Shown: piece by piece, positions 7,972 to 18,598 of the stretch
Layout of the letters: the number at the start of each line of letters is the position of its first letter
Numbering within the stretch: the stretch's first letter is position 1
Notes under the pieces: model-generated
The model's database searches: none
The model's input: only the letters and a program-made list of their open reading frames with translations
Told to the model about the DNA's origin: nothing
Assembly (NCBI GenBank): GCA_016931255.1
Contig: JAFGFG010000009.1
Span: 91,627 to 155,626, forward strand
DNA: 64,000 nucleotides
Direction of reading: 5' to 3'
Source: Candidatus Aenigmatarchaeota archaeon
Lineage (GTDB): Archaea > Aenigmatarchaeota > Aenigmatarchaeia > QMZP01 > JAFGSV01
Made by a program: the position numbers and the translations under genes

Positions 7972-10811
7972 AGTGATTCTCTCACTTTCCTGAAAGCCTT
8001 AATGTCATCTATCTTTCCCTGTGCCATCTGTCCGCGGCCGCCTCCCTTGCCGCCGCACTTTGCACACACCTTCTCGAGGACCTGCCCTGCATCCCTCACT
8101 TTGCTCATTATAACAATGTCATTCTCTTCATTTGCCAGTACAATCGTCAGCTTGGAGTTCTTTTCCAGCATGGCTGAAGCTGCCTTAATCATATACTTCC
8201 TGTCACCTTCGACAACTGTTACAAGCAGTCCATCTGAAGCGTCCTTCAGCAGGCTCTGGGACACATTCCCGGCGCTCCTGACTAGCGAGTCTTCTATTAT
8301 TTTTCTAGCGGATTTCCAGTTCTCAAACACATATGAGAGAGCAGAGCTGATATCATTGAATGTCATCGGTTTTATCTTTACTGATGACAAGTCTTTTGTG
8401 AATTTCTCAGCTGTTTTTGCAAGCATGTCAATGCCAACAGAGAATTCACTCGCAGACTTTCTCATGTCAGACAGCCGGATGAATTCATCTTCCGAGAGCT
8501 TTGAGAATTTGATGAATCCGGTCTTTTCAAGCGTTTTCATGATACCGGAAGCTTCTGCTTTTACATTCTTCAGATATCTCCGGGCTGCATCTCCTGCTAC
8601 CATGGTGAGCCTTACAACCCCGTCCTGGATTCTCTCTGACGAAGTTATCGCAATCCTGACAGCATCGCCTGTGTTGGAAAGATGGGTTCCTGCGCATGCT
8701 TCTGTATCCCAGTCCGGTGTGTTCACTATCCTTATCATCCTGTCAGGCGTCGCTCCTCCCTGATATATCCTCATTCCGTAGAGTTTCTCGGCTTCCGGGC
8801 GTGCCATGAATTTCCTTGAAATGGGCACCTTCTTCATTATTATGTCATTTGCAAGCTTCTCAATTTCAGTGATTTCGTCCAGTGTAAGTGCTTCGTAATG
8901 CGTTATGTCCAGATGGGCCTTTTCAAGCGATTTCCCTGCACCTGCCTGCCAGACGTGCTCACCCAGCAGTTTCCGTGCAGCTCCGTTGACAAGATGTACT
9001 GCTGTGTGATGTTGCGCGTGCTGCAGCCTTCTTTTCATGTCCACCTCGCCCGTCACAGTTGACCCCAGTACAGCGTCACCCTTGACCCTGTGAGCCACGA
9101 CATTGCCGAATTTCTGGACTTCAACAACCTCGTTTCCGTTTATTTTCCCGAGGTCGTAGTCCTGTCCCCCGCCTTCAGGATAGAAAAGTGTCCTGTCAAG
9201 TATCATCCACTGCCCTTCCGGAGCTTTCACCTTCTTCAGCAGCTTTGCCTTGAAGATGCTGTCCTTTTCATGGTCATAAAACATAAGTTCGGTATTCGTC
9301 ACATTGCTCGTATCAATTGACTTCTTCTTTTCCTTGACAGTTGACTCTTTCATATGCCTTTCCGAGAGATTGTGGTAAAAGTCTTTCGGTATCTCAGCTT
9401 TCAGGCCTTCTTTGTCAGCCACGTTTTCGATAAGCTCCGGTGTTATTCCCTGGGATTCATACATCTGCACGAGCCTTTCCGTGCCTATTTTCGGGCTTTT
9501 ACTGAGCAGGTCTTTCACGACACCCGCGCTTTTCATAAGTGTTGTCTCATACCTTTTCTTCTCAACATCAAGTATTTTTTCTATCTCAGGAAGGGATTTC
9601 AGGAGTTCGGGATTGAGAGGCTTCAGATATCTGGCATGCATTTTGCATACATCGAATAGCTCTATGTCCAGATTGTACTTCTCTATGAAGCTTAATGCCC
9701 TTCTGAAAATTATCCTCAGGTTGTAGCCGCCTCCCACATTGCTGAGAAGGCCTCCATCGTTGATGGCATAAAGAAGAGTCTTTGTATGGTCAGCTATTGC
9801 ATAAAGTGCCTGAAGCGGTTCCACGTTATTGTTCAGCTCGCTGACATCGACTTTCAGCTGTTTTGCTATGTTCTGCCTGAGCTTTCCGATGTCACCTATT
9901 TCATCTATATTCAGGCCTCCTGCTATTGCAGCGTATCGGTTGAACAGATTTTCATCGAAGTCCCCTCTCCTCTTGATGTCTTTCATGACAGGCCCATAAA
10001 CCGCATCGTAAGCAGTCGGGGTTCCCTGGCTGAGCCACGTGAATCTTTCAAGCCCTGCTCCCATGTCTATCACGCGATATCCCATGGGCTTGTAGTTGTC
10101 AGGCGTTCCGACGAATTCAGTGAAAACAGCATTTCCAAGCTCAAGTCCCCCTGTGAAATACTCGAGGGAATATCCGAATGCATTGGGTCCTGTCCATACG
10201 TCCTCCATGAACGAGATGTCTTTGGGCTTCACGCCGAGCGCTTCCGTAAGCATCCTGTAGTCGAGGTCTATGCATTCGTCTTTCCAGTATCCCTTTTGCT
10301 TCCCGTTGACTTTTTCGTATATCGAATGCTGGCCTATCATTGTGAAATTGGTCATGTGCCTTCCGGTCACACCCACGTTCTCGATATCAGAGAACCTGAG
10401 GCAGACCTGCGGGATGATTATCTTTTCAGCCGGCATCTCGAAGACAGTCTTCCCGGCCACAGAACGCTGGAATGCAACGATGCTAGCCACAGTGAAGAAC
10501 AGGCCGGGGAACCAGCGGCACACCACAGGATAGGATGGTATCGATTCATGACCATTCTTTACGAAGAACTTCTCGATTGTCCTCCATGTCTCTATGTAAT
10601 CCATCGACCTTATGGGGCTTTTTCCGATGAAACTGTACTCCTCGCATGGAGGATTCGGGCAGTGCTTTCTCGATGAATCCATGGTCCAGAAGTATGAGCC
10701 GCATTTGGGACACTTCCTGCGCTCGAATCCATTTTCAGTGAAAAGCTTCACCTTGTAATATTTGTCTGGATTCTTACCAAAATCGCGCTTCAGTTGCTCT
10801 TTTGCGTTCAT
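7968..10811 (-). CDS. alaS: Alanine--tRNA ligase (archaeal type)
   Basis: N-terminal CxxC, VGVTGRH.T.F.M, IDMGAGLERF, editing motifs HHTAVH and CAGTH, C-Ala GGKGGG. Confidence 0.96.
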   Translation of the reverse strand: MNAKEQLKRDFGKNPDKYYKVKLFTENGFERRKCPKCGSYFWTMDSSRKHCPNPPCEEYSFIGKSPIRSMDYIETWRTIEKFFVKNGHESIPSYPVVCRWFPGLFFTVASIVAFQRSVAGKTVFEMPAEKIIIPQVCLRFSDIENVGVTGRHMTNFTMIGQHSIYEKVNGKQKGYWKDECIDLDYRMLTEALGVKPKDISFMEDVWTGPNAFGYSLEYFTGGLELGNAVFTEFVGTPDNYKPMGYRVIDMGAGLERFTWLSQGTPTAYDAVYGPVMKDIKRRGDFDENLFNRYAAIAGGLNIDEIGDIGKLRQNIAKQLKVDVSELNNNVEPLQALYAIADHTKTLLYAINDGGLLSNVGGGYNLRIIFRRALSFIEKYNLDIELFDVCKMHARYLKPLNPELLKSLPEIEKILDVEKKRYETTLMKSAGVVKDLLSKSPKIGTERLVQMYESQGITPELIENVADKEGLKAEIPKDFYHNLSERHMKESTVKEKKKSIDTSNVTNTELMFYDHEKDSIFKAKLLKKVKAPEGQWMILDRTLFYPEGGGQDYDLGKINGNEVVEVQKFGNVVAHRVKGDAVLGSTVTGEVDMKRRLQHAQHHTAVHLVNGAARKLLGEHVWQAGAGKSLEKAHLDITHYEALTLDEITEIEKLANDIIMKKVPISRKFMARPEAEKLYGMRIYQGGATPDRMIRIVNTPDWDTEACAGTHLSNTGDAVRIAITSSERIQDGVVRLTMVAGDAARRYLKNVKAEASGIMKTLEKTGFIKFSKLSEDEFIRLSDMRKSASEFSVGIDMLAKTAEKFTKDLSSVKIKPMTFNDISSALSYVFENWKSARKIIEDSLVRSAGNVSQSLLKDASDGLLVTVVEGDRKYMIKAASAMLEKNSKLTIVLANEENDIVIMSKVRDAGQVLEKVCAKCGGKGGGRGQMAQGKIDDIKAFRKVRESL

Positions 10812-10852
10812 AGTTATATATTCGCGGTTCCCGGTTTAAAATAGAATTAGAT

Positions 10853-12304
10853 TTACTTATAGAGTGTTCTTTTTCCGTGATAATTGTTTCGTATTGCCTG
10901 TATTATCTCTTTGCTCTGCCCGATGTATGTCATCGGGTCTACTATGCCTCTCAGTTCTTCTTTACCAAACCTGTCCATAACTTCTTCGCTTTTGTAGAGC
11001 TTGTCGAGGAATTCTACACCTTCATTGTAAGCTTCTGTTGCAAGCCTTCCCATTAGATTGTGTGCATCTTCCCTTGTCATGGGACTGTTTGTCATATTTC
11101 TATCCGTAAGGTATGTCATAAGACGCTGTGAAGTCGTGGTGCCAAAAGACCTTTTTACTCGTTCAACTGACCTTCCTTCATTCAGGTCAAGCCAGTATGC
11201 TGCATCAGCAAGCCTTCTTATTGAGTGGTCTCCGAACTTGAAAGTGGAATTGTATATGTCCCTGTCAGATGCGGATCCTGAAAGGTCCCTTGCATACCTG
11301 AACTTGTTGGATGATAAAGATGTTACGAGATTGCCGCGCATGAGGTTTGCAAATGACTCAACCTGCTCTTCTGCTGTGGGATTTCCGCCGGCTGCATCCT
11401 TTTGCGGCATTGCTGAAGAGCCTTTCCTCTTTTTCGGGTTTCCGTCCCTGAAAATTGCAGCATCACTTCCCTTTCCCCATGCCATGTAGAATGCGAGATT
11501 GTTCATTGTTTCAGCGGTTCTCGCCATCGCATATATAACATCCGTGAGATATTCCTTTCCGGGTATCTGGGCATTGGCGTCCATGTTTCCCAGTCCCAGT
11601 CTCCTGCAGTATTCCTTCTGAAGCTTTAGTCCGTCAATCCCAAGCGCGCTCGATGAATGATGATTTCCGGTAGCATCTGCCCATTTTCCCTTTATTGAAT
11701 TGGCATAAACGAATGCCAAGAAATCAAGGTCTGACTGGAGCATTTCGGCGTTGAATGCCAGCGGTCTTCCTGCAACAGTCGGCAGGGCATCCAGCCAGTG
11801 GCTTGTATCCATATGTGGTACATCTGACCACGCAATAGCCTTTTCTATCACTATGTCTCTAAGATTTTCAATTGAATCCGCTACTACTTCCAGTGAATTT
11901 TTTATCTGAAGCGCCTTTGCGGTTTCAGTGGTGTCAGCACTTGTCCTCCCCTTGTTTATGTGAGCAGCAGCTTCTGGACTCATCTTTTCAGCAAGAGACC
12001 TGTTTATTGCTATGACATCGTGTCCTGTCTGGTCTTCGATTTCCCTTATCCTGTCGGGGTCAATGACACTCAAATTTGCTGCATTGTATATTTCCATAGC
12101 ATGCTCGGGTGGCACTATATCAGGATAAAGGTCACTCATTGTTTTTACAGCTTCTTTCTGAGCCATCAGGCTGTATTCGAATGTCTTTTCAGGTCCCCAT
12201 ATGTTTATCATGTCATCTGTGCCGTATCGTCCTGCATGAAGAAAAGGCGCATCCCTTTTGGAATCTATGTTTCTGGGCTTTGGTTTTGTCCCTTCTGTAA
12301 CCAT
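10853..12304 (-). CDS. purB: Adenylosuccinate lyase (fumarase/ASL superfamily)
   Basis: GRYG...M..IW, EIE..TGHDVIA, G.TSAD..ET, signature GSSAMPQK..NP..E, RDLS.S, REDAH. Confidence 0.85.
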   Translation of the reverse strand: MVTEGTKPKPRNIDSKRDAPFLHAGRYGTDDMINIWGPEKTFEYSLMAQKEAVKTMSDLYPDIVPPEHAMEIYNAANLSVIDPDRIREIEDQTGHDVIAINRSLAEKMSPEAAAHINKGRTSADTTETAKALQIKNSLEVVADSIENLRDIVIEKAIAWSDVPHMDTSHWLDALPTVAGRPLAFNAEMLQSDLDFLAFVYANSIKGKWADATGNHHSSSALGIDGLKLQKEYCRRLGLGNMDANAQIPGKEYLTDVIYAMARTAETMNNLAFYMAWGKGSDAAIFRDGNPKKRKGSSAMPQKDAAGGNPTAEEQVESFANLMRGNLVTSLSSNKFRYARDLSGSASDRDIYNSTFKFGDHSIRRLADAAYWLDLNEGRSVERVKRSFGTTTSQRLMTYLTDRNMTNSPMTREDAHNLMGRLATEAYNEGVEFLDKLYKSEEVMDRFGKEELRGIVDPMTYIGQSKEIIQAIRNNYHGKRTLYK

Positions 12305-12348
12305 AACAAGATATGGCAGTAACTTTTTAATTCTTAAGTATGGTGTGT

Positions 12349-12432
12349 TTCACAGGTCTAACTGGCAACCTGGCTCTAGAATAAAGATTAAATTCACAGG
12401 CAGTGTAACAACTAAGTCTGCCTGCAGATGAA
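12349..12432. repeat. Two tandem related hairpins, each opening with TTCACAGG
   Basis: TTCA-CAGGT..ACCTG-GCTC-TAGAA and TTCA-CAGGCAG..CTGCCTG-CAGA-TGAA. Confidence 0.5.
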
Positions 12433-12450
12433 AATAATGGATTAAGGGAT

Positions 12451-12756
12451 TTATCCGAACAGACTTGAAAGTCCGCCGGCTGCCTCTTCTGCCTTTGCTT
12501 CCTGCTCTTCTTCGCTTGGCTCGTCCTTCTTTTCTTCAGCAGGCGCTGCTGCAGATGGTGCTGCTGCCGGAGCCGCTGCTACAGCTGCGTTCTTGATTGC
12601 CTCTTCTATGTTGACGTCCTTCAGGCTGCCTACAAGTGCCTTTATCTGGGCCTCGTCAGCTTTTATGCCTGCAGCGTCGACAATCTTCTTAACTCCAGCT
12701 TCGTCTACCGGTTTCTTGGCCGAGTGAAGCAGTAATGCCGCGTATACCAATTCCAT
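12451..12756 (-). CDS. rpl12: 50S ribosomal stalk protein P1 (L12p)
   Basis: [11 protein letters not shown]..Ala-rich hinge..acidic tail GLSSLFG. Confidence 0.97.
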   Translation of the reverse strand: MELVYAALLLHSAKKPVDEAGVKKIVDAAGIKADEAQIKALVGSLKDVNIEEAIKNAAVAAAPAAAPSAAAPAEEKKDEPSEEEQEAKAEEAAGGLSSLFG

Positions 12757-12806
12757 AATTTTTCCTCCGTGTTTAAATGAAAAAGTATTTCTACTTCTTT
12801 CAACTA

Positions 12807-13751
12807 TTAATCCTTTTTCTCCTCTTCTTTAGGTGCTTCTCCTGCGTTCTCCGCAGGATGCTCAGCTCCGGGTTCTTCAGCAGGTTTTTCTTCCTTCGGA
12901 GCTTCCGCAGCCGGGGCGTCTTTTACAAGAGCCTTGAGTGCACCTGCTTCTGCATTTGCCTTTGCAAGTACAGGACCGACTGTCTCGGATGTCAGTATCC
13001 CTGCCTCAGTTGCGAGTGCAAGTGCTTCCCTGTGAGCCTTGACAAGCAGCAGCGGAACTGTCTCAGGTGTCACGAAGCCTATGCTTATCGCAAGGTTGAA
13101 TGCGGATGCATAGCCGGACTGTATCTGCCCAACATAATGCTCCTGTGGTACGAACAGTATGTCCTTGTTGAATACCATACCTTCATCCCAGACCGCGAGA
13201 AGGTTGAGCGATATTTCCATGGGCTCTATTCCGAGCTTTCCCATGAGATCTGCCAGGGATGCTGTTATCTCATCACCCTTCTTTGCAATCCTGGATGCTT
13301 TCTTGACCACTATTTTGTCCCCTTCAACACCTGCCTGTATCTTTGCCCTCTGGAGGTCGCCTATGGCAGGGCCTGGAGGAAGGTTTGTCGGTCCTTCCGG
13401 AACTATGATGTCTTCCGGTGCAATATCACCGGCCTTTGCACAAGCCTTTATCTTGGATGACGCTATCACCTGTGCAAGCTCGAATGGATTGTCTTCACTG
13501 AAGAGCATTGCAGGCTGGTTCTGTATCTCATCCGCAAGCTTTGAAAGGTTTTCCTTTTTGGACTTCTCAAGTGCGAGCTTTATGACGTTCTTCTTTACCA
13601 TCCTGATTACGGCTTTCCCTTTGAGTTGCTGCTTTATCAGGAAAAGCTGCTTTGACGGAAGCTTGTGCATATCAATTATGCCAACTACTGGATACTTTTC
13701 AATCTGCTCTGAAAGGTTTTTGAGAGTTGACTTCTTTTTGACTGATACCAT
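12807..13751 (-). CDS. rplP0: 50S ribosomal protein uL10 (P0)
   Basis: [28 protein letters not shown]. Confidence 0.95.
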   Translation of the reverse strand: MVSVKKKSTLKNLSEQIEKYPVVGIIDMHKLPSKQLFLIKQQLKGKAVIRMVKKNVIKLALEKSKKENLSKLADEIQNQPAMLFSEDNPFELAQVIASSKIKACAKAGDIAPEDIIVPEGPTNLPPGPAIGDLQRAKIQAGVEGDKIVVKKASRIAKKGDEITASLADLMGKLGIEPMEISLNLLAVWDEGMVFNKDILFVPQEHYVGQIQSGYASAFNLAISIGFVTPETVPLLLVKAHREALALATEAGILTSETVGPVLAKANAEAGALKALVKDAPAAEAPKEEKPAEEPGAEHPAENAGEAPKEEEKKD

Positions 13752-13756
13752 AATCA

Positions 13757-14386
13757 TCACACATTTATCCTGACAGGCTTCCCCATTGTAAGTTTTATGG
13801 AAACATTCCTGATGTTGTTCTTTCCTTTCGGGAGCTTCTCCTCAATGAAGCTTATCGCTGCTTCTATGTTTTTCTCAATCTTCTCGTCAGGCATGGTCTC
13901 TGTGCCTACAGGTATCTGTATCACAGGTGTGCTGACAAGCCTTATCTTCACAGAGTTCTTTGCCCTCTTGAGGATTCCTTCAAGGTTTATCTTTGGAGGA
14001 AGAGGCTTCGGCATCTTTCCCCTTGTGCCAAGTGTAGCGCCAAGCACCTTACCTATCAGAGGCATGAGTGTCGCTTCCCCAAACCACCAGTCGTAGTCAT
14101 TGGCAAGCTTCTTGAGCTTCTTCTTGTCCTTCGCAATCTTCGGTATGTCATCCTTTGACAGCGCAAGGTCTGCATGCTTTTTGGCATCAGCGAAAAGAGA
14201 GTCTCCGAGGACAACGGTCTTGAGTGGTTTTCCAAGTCCTTCAGGAAGGTACAACTCGGCGTTTATTCTGTTCTCAGGCTTCTTAAGATCCATATCCTTA
14301 AGACTTAAAATAAGATCCCAGGTCTGAGCGAACTTCCTGGCTTTTGAATTTTCCTTTGCTTCCTTGATATTGTCCTTTATTGACAT
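13757..14386 (-). CDS. rpl1: 50S ribosomal protein uL1
   Basis: RKF.QT.DL..LKDMD.KKPENRI..LG.RGKMPKP..KLTMG. Confidence 0.96.
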   Translation of the reverse strand: MSIKDNIKEAKENSKARKFAQTWDLILSLKDMDLKKPENRINAELYLPEGLGKPLKTVVLGDSLFADAKKHADLALSKDDIPKIAKDKKKLKKLANDYDWWFGEATLMPLIGKVLGATLGTRGKMPKPLPPKINLEGILKRAKNSVKIRLVSTPVIQIPVGTETMPDEKIEKNIEAAISFIEEKLPKGKNNIRNVSIKLTMGKPVRINV

Positions 14387-14444
14387 TCCAATCCCTCCTA
14401 CCGAAGTAGTATACGGAATTAACTAAATATGATATTGGGTATAT

Positions 14445-15293
14445 TTAAATCTTTTTCCTGAGCCTTTTCAGCGTTCCGATGTTGTGTGTGTTCTCATTCA
14501 TGAGATACAGGACCCTTGGTTTAAGGTCGTGTTCCACATTAGGAAGCCTTGCAAGCACTGCTATTATTACAGAACCGAGCCTCAGAAGATTCGGATCATT
14601 AACATCCTTTGCAAGGTCCAGTTTGCCCTTGGCCTGAAGCTTCTCCCAGAAGTACCTGAAATCTTTCTTTTCAATGAACCTTTCCTTGCTGGTCATCTCG
14701 GAACGGATTTTCATGCCATTGCTTCCTATTTCCAGAACCTTGTTCTTGACACCCCTTGAAAGTGTTTCGATGAACCCCTTCTTTTCGGTCATGTCAGTTA
14801 TCTTTCTCCAGACATCCTCGAAGAAGTCTTTTTCACGCCTGATGACATTCTCAATGGGCTTTTCGATAACATCCGGTAGTATTACAGCATTTCTCTGTGA
14901 TATGAGAGCCCTTGAAACCATATTAAGTCTGTTCTCAAGGTCTATGAGTTTTCCTGCAATGTCCCTGTAGTTCCTGTCTATCTTCTCATCAAGAATTATC
15001 TTCTTTTTTTCCATTTTATGGAACCTGTAATCATGAAGGTCCTTTATGCCCTGCGTGAGCTGGTACTGATTGTTAAGCCAGCCCTTCATTTTCTCAACAG
15101 AGTCTTCGCTTTTCTTAATCCTGTGCTTGTTTTCCTTGTGTAACAGGTAGTCTCCGAACCTGGCGAGCGCTATTGCTATGAGCACGAAGCCGACTATAAC
15201 ACCCACCGGAGTGAAGAACCATATGTTGCCTGCTATTATCACTGTCTCTAGCAAAACGAACATCATCCAAAAGGTCTTGTCCCATTTGTGCAT
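14445..15293 (-). CDS. Hypothetical protein: 2 TM, coiled coil and a C-terminal globular domain
   Basis: 282-aa ORF between rpl11 and rpl1. Confidence 0.7.
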   Translation of the reverse strand: MHKWDKTFWMMFVLLETVIIAGNIWFFTPVGVIVGFVLIAIALARFGDYLLHKENKHRIKKSEDSVEKMKGWLNNQYQLTQGIKDLHDYRFHKMEKKKIILDEKIDRNYRDIAGKLIDLENRLNMVSRALISQRNAVILPDVIEKPIENVIRREKDFFEDVWRKITDMTEKKGFIETLSRGVKNKVLEIGSNGMKIRSEMTSKERFIEKKDFRYFWEKLQAKGKLDLAKDVNDPNLLRLGSVIIAVLARLPNVEHDLKPRVLYLMNENTHNIGTLKRLRKKI

Positions 15294-15378
15294 ATTTCAG
15301 TATTCAGTAGTAAGTAATTTAAACCTTACGGTGAAACCGATAAGCTCTAATGCAATTAAAGAAAGATATGAAGAGGCT

Positions 15379-15927
15379 CTATTCCTCTTTCTTCTCTTCA
15401 GGCTTCTCTTCGGATTCACCTTCAGCGGCTGCATCCTTTTCTTCGTCCTTGGATTCCTCGAGTGCGATTGCAGCCTTCTGTGCGTCCTCAGCGGCCTTAA
15501 GCTCTTCTTCGCTGACTTCTCCCTCTCCTACTGTTATTCCCATGCTTCTGCATGTTCCCTTTATCTGGTTCACATGCTCTGCGTCGTCAGTTCCGAACTT
15601 CGCCTTTGAAATCTTCTTTGCCTGAATGATTGTCAGGTTGCCTATTCTGCCTGTACCAGAAGTGCCTGAGCCCTTCTGTAGTCCGAGTTCCTTAAGTATA
15701 AGAGCAGATGCCGGCGGAGTGCCGATTTCAAGCCTGAATTTTTTGGTAGCAGGATTGATAATGACCTTTACCGGAACCTTGACTCCTGCAAGTTCCCTGG
15801 TCTTCTCATTGATGGAATCAACAACTTCCTGTATATTGACACCCATGGGACCCAGTGCAGGTCCGAGAGGAGGAGCAGCGCTGGCTTTTCCACCTTCAAT
15901 AACAATGTCTACTATCTGATCTCCCAT
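15379..15927 (-). CDS. rpl11: 50S ribosomal protein uL11 with an acidic C-terminal extension
   Basis: EGGKAS.APPLGPALGP.GVN..PPASALI.KELG..GTC.SMG.TV. Confidence 0.95.
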   Translation of the reverse strand: MGDQIVDIVIEGGKASAAPPLGPALGPMGVNIQEVVDSINEKTRELAGVKVPVKVIINPATKKFRLEIGTPPASALILKELGLQKGSGTSGTGRIGNLTIIQAKKISKAKFGTDDAEHVNQIKGTCRSMGITVGEGEVSEEELKAAEDAQKAAIALEESKDEEKDAAAEGESEEKPEEKKEE

Positions 15928-16373
15928 TATCGTTCACCTTCTCCTTTCTTTATTACCTTTATGAAATCAGTTGCAATCGTGACTGGTATGGGTATGCTGG
16001 CTTCCGTAAGCTCTATCGTAATCTCGTTCTTGGCCTTGTCCACTCTCTTTATCTTTCCCTTCTCGTCCTTGAACGGGCCGCCCATTATTTCGACTATGTC
16101 GCCTATCTCCACGTTTATCTCCACATCTTCAGTCTTCATGAAGTGCTGTATGTCAGCTATTTTTACCGGCTTCTCAATAAGGCCTTTTGTGTGCATAACA
16201 CCTCTCAGGGCCTTGTGTATGTCACCTGTGCTGCCTTCAAGGAATATGTAGCCCTTGAGTTCTGATGGATGAATTATCGCCTTCACGTCAAGCTTTTCCG
16301 CATTGACACGGCTGTTAAGCATATCCATTACTATGTCTTCTCTTCCGCTTGTTGTCCTCAATGTGTATATCAT
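15927..16373 (-). CDS. spt5: Transcription elongation factor Spt5
   Basis: NGN domain (LKGYIFLE) plus KOW (GDIVEI..GPFK.EKG). Confidence 0.95.
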   Translation of the reverse strand: MIYTLRTTSGREDIVMDMLNSRVNAEKLDVKAIIHPSELKGYIFLEGSTGDIHKALRGVMHTKGLIEKPVKIADIQHFMKTEDVEINVEIGDIVEIMGGPFKDEKGKIKRVDKAKNEITIELTEASIPIPVTIATDFIKVIKKGEGER

Positions 16374-16382
16374 CTTAATCCT

Positions 16383-16556
16383 TTACAATCCCAAAAAGGC
16401 AAACCCAAGGAAAACCGCGAATCCTATCACGCCTATTATGGTAATGCCTATCACGCATATCCTTGTGGAGGAGAGGTATTCGTCCTTGGCGGGCTTCTTT
16501 GCCACCTGCAGTATCCTCTTCCATTCAAGTATCTTTGTCTTTATGCTCAATGACAT
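16383..16556 (-). CDS. secE: Protein translocase SecE/Sec61-gamma (57 aa, absent from the ORF track)
   Basis: MSLSIKTKILEWKRILQVAKKPAKDEYLSSTRICVIGITIIGVIGFAVFLGFAFLGL; conserved ftsZ-secE-spt5 order. Confidence 0.92.
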   Translation of the reverse strand: MSLSIKTKILEWKRILQVAKKPAKDEYLSSTRICVIGITIIGVIGFAVFLGFAFLGL

Positions 16557-16626
16557 ATTTATACGTTACCTTAGATTGATATATTTAATCCTAGGTTTAT
16601 ATTTAAAAAATAAGCAGGTGGGGCAT

Positions 16627-17778
16627 CTACTTGCTTACGAAATCTATGCCCAGAACCTTCTCAATTTCCTTTTGCTTCTGCTGCGAGTATGTCCTATCCG
16701 GACCGTATATCTGGGCAGACTTGACACCAGTGACTATCAGCATCGTCCTGACGCTGTCGCCAAGCGCCTTGTCTATCTGTGCTCCCCAGATTATCTTTGC
16801 GTCCGGGTTTATCTTGTTGTTCACAGCCTCGACTATCTCCTGGCACTCCCTGATTGTAACGCCTTCACCACCTGAAACGTTGATGAGTGCGCCTGTAGCA
16901 CCTTCGATTGCTACGTCGAGAAGCGGGTTTGTAAGTGATTTCTCCACTGATTCAACAGCCCTGCTTTCAGAGTCTGACTCTCCCATGCCTATCATGGCGA
17001 GTCCGCCTGAGCTCATCACTGCCCTGACATCCGCGAAGTCAAGGTTGACAAGACCAGGCTTTGTGATAAGTTCTGCTATGCCCTTTACAGCATTCACGAG
17101 AATCTCATCAGCGACCTTGAAAGCTGTGAGAATGCTCACATCAGGAACAATCTCCAGAAGCTTGTCATTAGGTATTACGATAAGTGTGTCCACAACTGAT
17201 TCAAGATTTTCAAGACCTTCCTGTGCGTTCTTGAGCCTTGACTGTCCTTCCATCACGAAAGGCATTGTGACGATACCCACTGTAAGAGCGCCAACCTTCT
17301 TTGCTATGTCAGCTACGATTGGGCTTGCTCCTGTGCCTGTACCACCCCCAAGTCCGCAGTTTATGAAAACCATGTCAGCGCCTTCAAGGGCTTTTTTGAT
17401 TTCTTCCTTGGACTCCTTGGCTGATTCAGCACCCACGCTCGGGTCAGCGCCTGCACCAAGTCCTCCAGTTATATCCTTTCCGATAAGTATCTTCCTGTCA
17501 GCATCAGTGTAAAGAAGGTCCTGAGCATCTGTGTTAACAGCTATTGTCTCAGCCCCCACGATGCCTACCTGCATGAGTCGGGAAACCGTGTTGCCTCCTC
17601 CTCCGCCTACACCGACAACCTTTATCTCGGCCTTTCTGGATTCCAGTATCCTTCTGAGTTCTTCATCCATCTCTCCGTCCCTGTCCACCCTGTGGCTTAT
17701 TCTCTCTGCTGATGATGGAAAATTGTTTTGAGCAACTTCTGTCTCAAGTGCTGAATTTATTATTGATTCTGCAGTCAT
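16627..17778 (-). CDS. ftsZ: Cell division protein FtsZ1
   Basis: VVGVGGGGGN, NTDAQDL, GLGGGTGTG, NLDFADV. Confidence 0.97.
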   Translation of the reverse strand: MTAESIINSALETEVAQNNFPSSAERISHRVDRDGEMDEELRRILESRKAEIKVVGVGGGGGNTVSRLMQVGIVGAETIAVNTDAQDLLYTDADRKILIGKDITGGLGAGADPSVGAESAKESKEEIKKALEGADMVFINCGLGGGTGTGASPIVADIAKKVGALTVGIVTMPFVMEGQSRLKNAQEGLENLESVVDTLIVIPNDKLLEIVPDVSILTAFKVADEILVNAVKGIAELITKPGLVNLDFADVRAVMSSGGLAMIGMGESDSESRAVESVEKSLTNPLLDVAIEGATGALINVSGGEGVTIRECQEIVEAVNNKINPDAKIIWGAQIDKALGDSVRTMLIVTGVKSAQIYGPDRTYSQQKQKEIEKVLGIDFVSK

Positions 17779-17899
17779 ATGAACATACCTCCAAACTTTT
17801 TCTTAAACATTTAACTATGCGATTGGTTAAGATTTCAGTATTTTTAAACTTAACCTAAACACTGGTATATGATAAAATAGAAGTTAGATATTTAAGCAT

Positions 17900-18598
17900 T
17901 TAGCTGGATTTCGGCTTGCTTTTATTGACAGTCTTTTTTGGCACTGCGTTATTCTTGGGTTCTTTGTTCTTGAATTCAACATCTTCTATTCCCTTGGACC
18001 ACTTCTTGATAGTCTCTGAGACGAGCCTTTCAATGAAGTTGTTGAGCTTCTTCTCAGTTGTTATTGACACATTTTTCCCGGTGACTGACACAGAACATTC
18101 TACGCTGTAGTAGTCCATGAGTGCATGCACCCTTTCTGAAACATCCTTGACTTCACTTGTTATTTCCACATCGTAGAGCAATTCTTTTCCTGTCAGGGGG
18201 TGGTTGTAGTCCACTGTCACCCTGCCGCCTGAGACCGAAAGAACCTTGCACTGCCTGTTGTCAACATGTATTGGCAAACCCGGAAACGGAGATATATTCT
18301 TCTCAATAAACTTTGTCATCGGGACCACCTTCAGAAGCTCCCGTCTCTTGGGACCGAAGGCATCTTTTGGAAGTACATTGAATACTTTCCTGTCACCCAC
18401 CTTCATTTCTATGAGGTGTTTCTCAACTCCGGGAAGAATGAAACCGGCACCGAGTATGACGAGAGTCGGGCCGTATTTCTTCTTCTCGTCGAAGACCCCG
18501 TACTTCTTCGCATCATCAGTCCGTGTTACACCGAATACCTCGTCAGTTGCTTTGACTTTTTCCAGTGTATGGACCTTTATCCAGTCACCCTTGTTCAT
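17900..18598 (-). CDS. slyD: FKBP-type peptidyl-prolyl isomerase (long archaeal SlyD)
   Basis: G....LPG.E..L..MKVG..P.DAFG..GGRVTVDYNHPL.GK.L. Confidence 0.88.
   Translation of the reverse strand: MNKGDWIKVHTLEKVKATDEVFGVTRTDDAKKYGVFDEKKKYGPTLVILGAGFILPGVEKHLIEMKVGDRKVFNVLPKDAFGPKRRELLKVVPMTKFIEKNISPFPGLPIHVDNRQCKVLSVSGGRVTVDYNHPLTGKELLYDVEITSEVKDVSERVHALMDYYSVECSVSVTGKNVSITTEKKLNNFIERLVSETIKKWSKGIEDVEFKNKEPKNNAVPKKTVNKSKPKSS

Noticed and set aside
12340-12432. Purine riboswitch upstream of purB, or H/ACA RNA
   Set aside because: The hairpins lie upstream of the likely TATA of a leaderless purB; no aptamer consensus, two-sided pseudouridylation pocket or K-turn is visible
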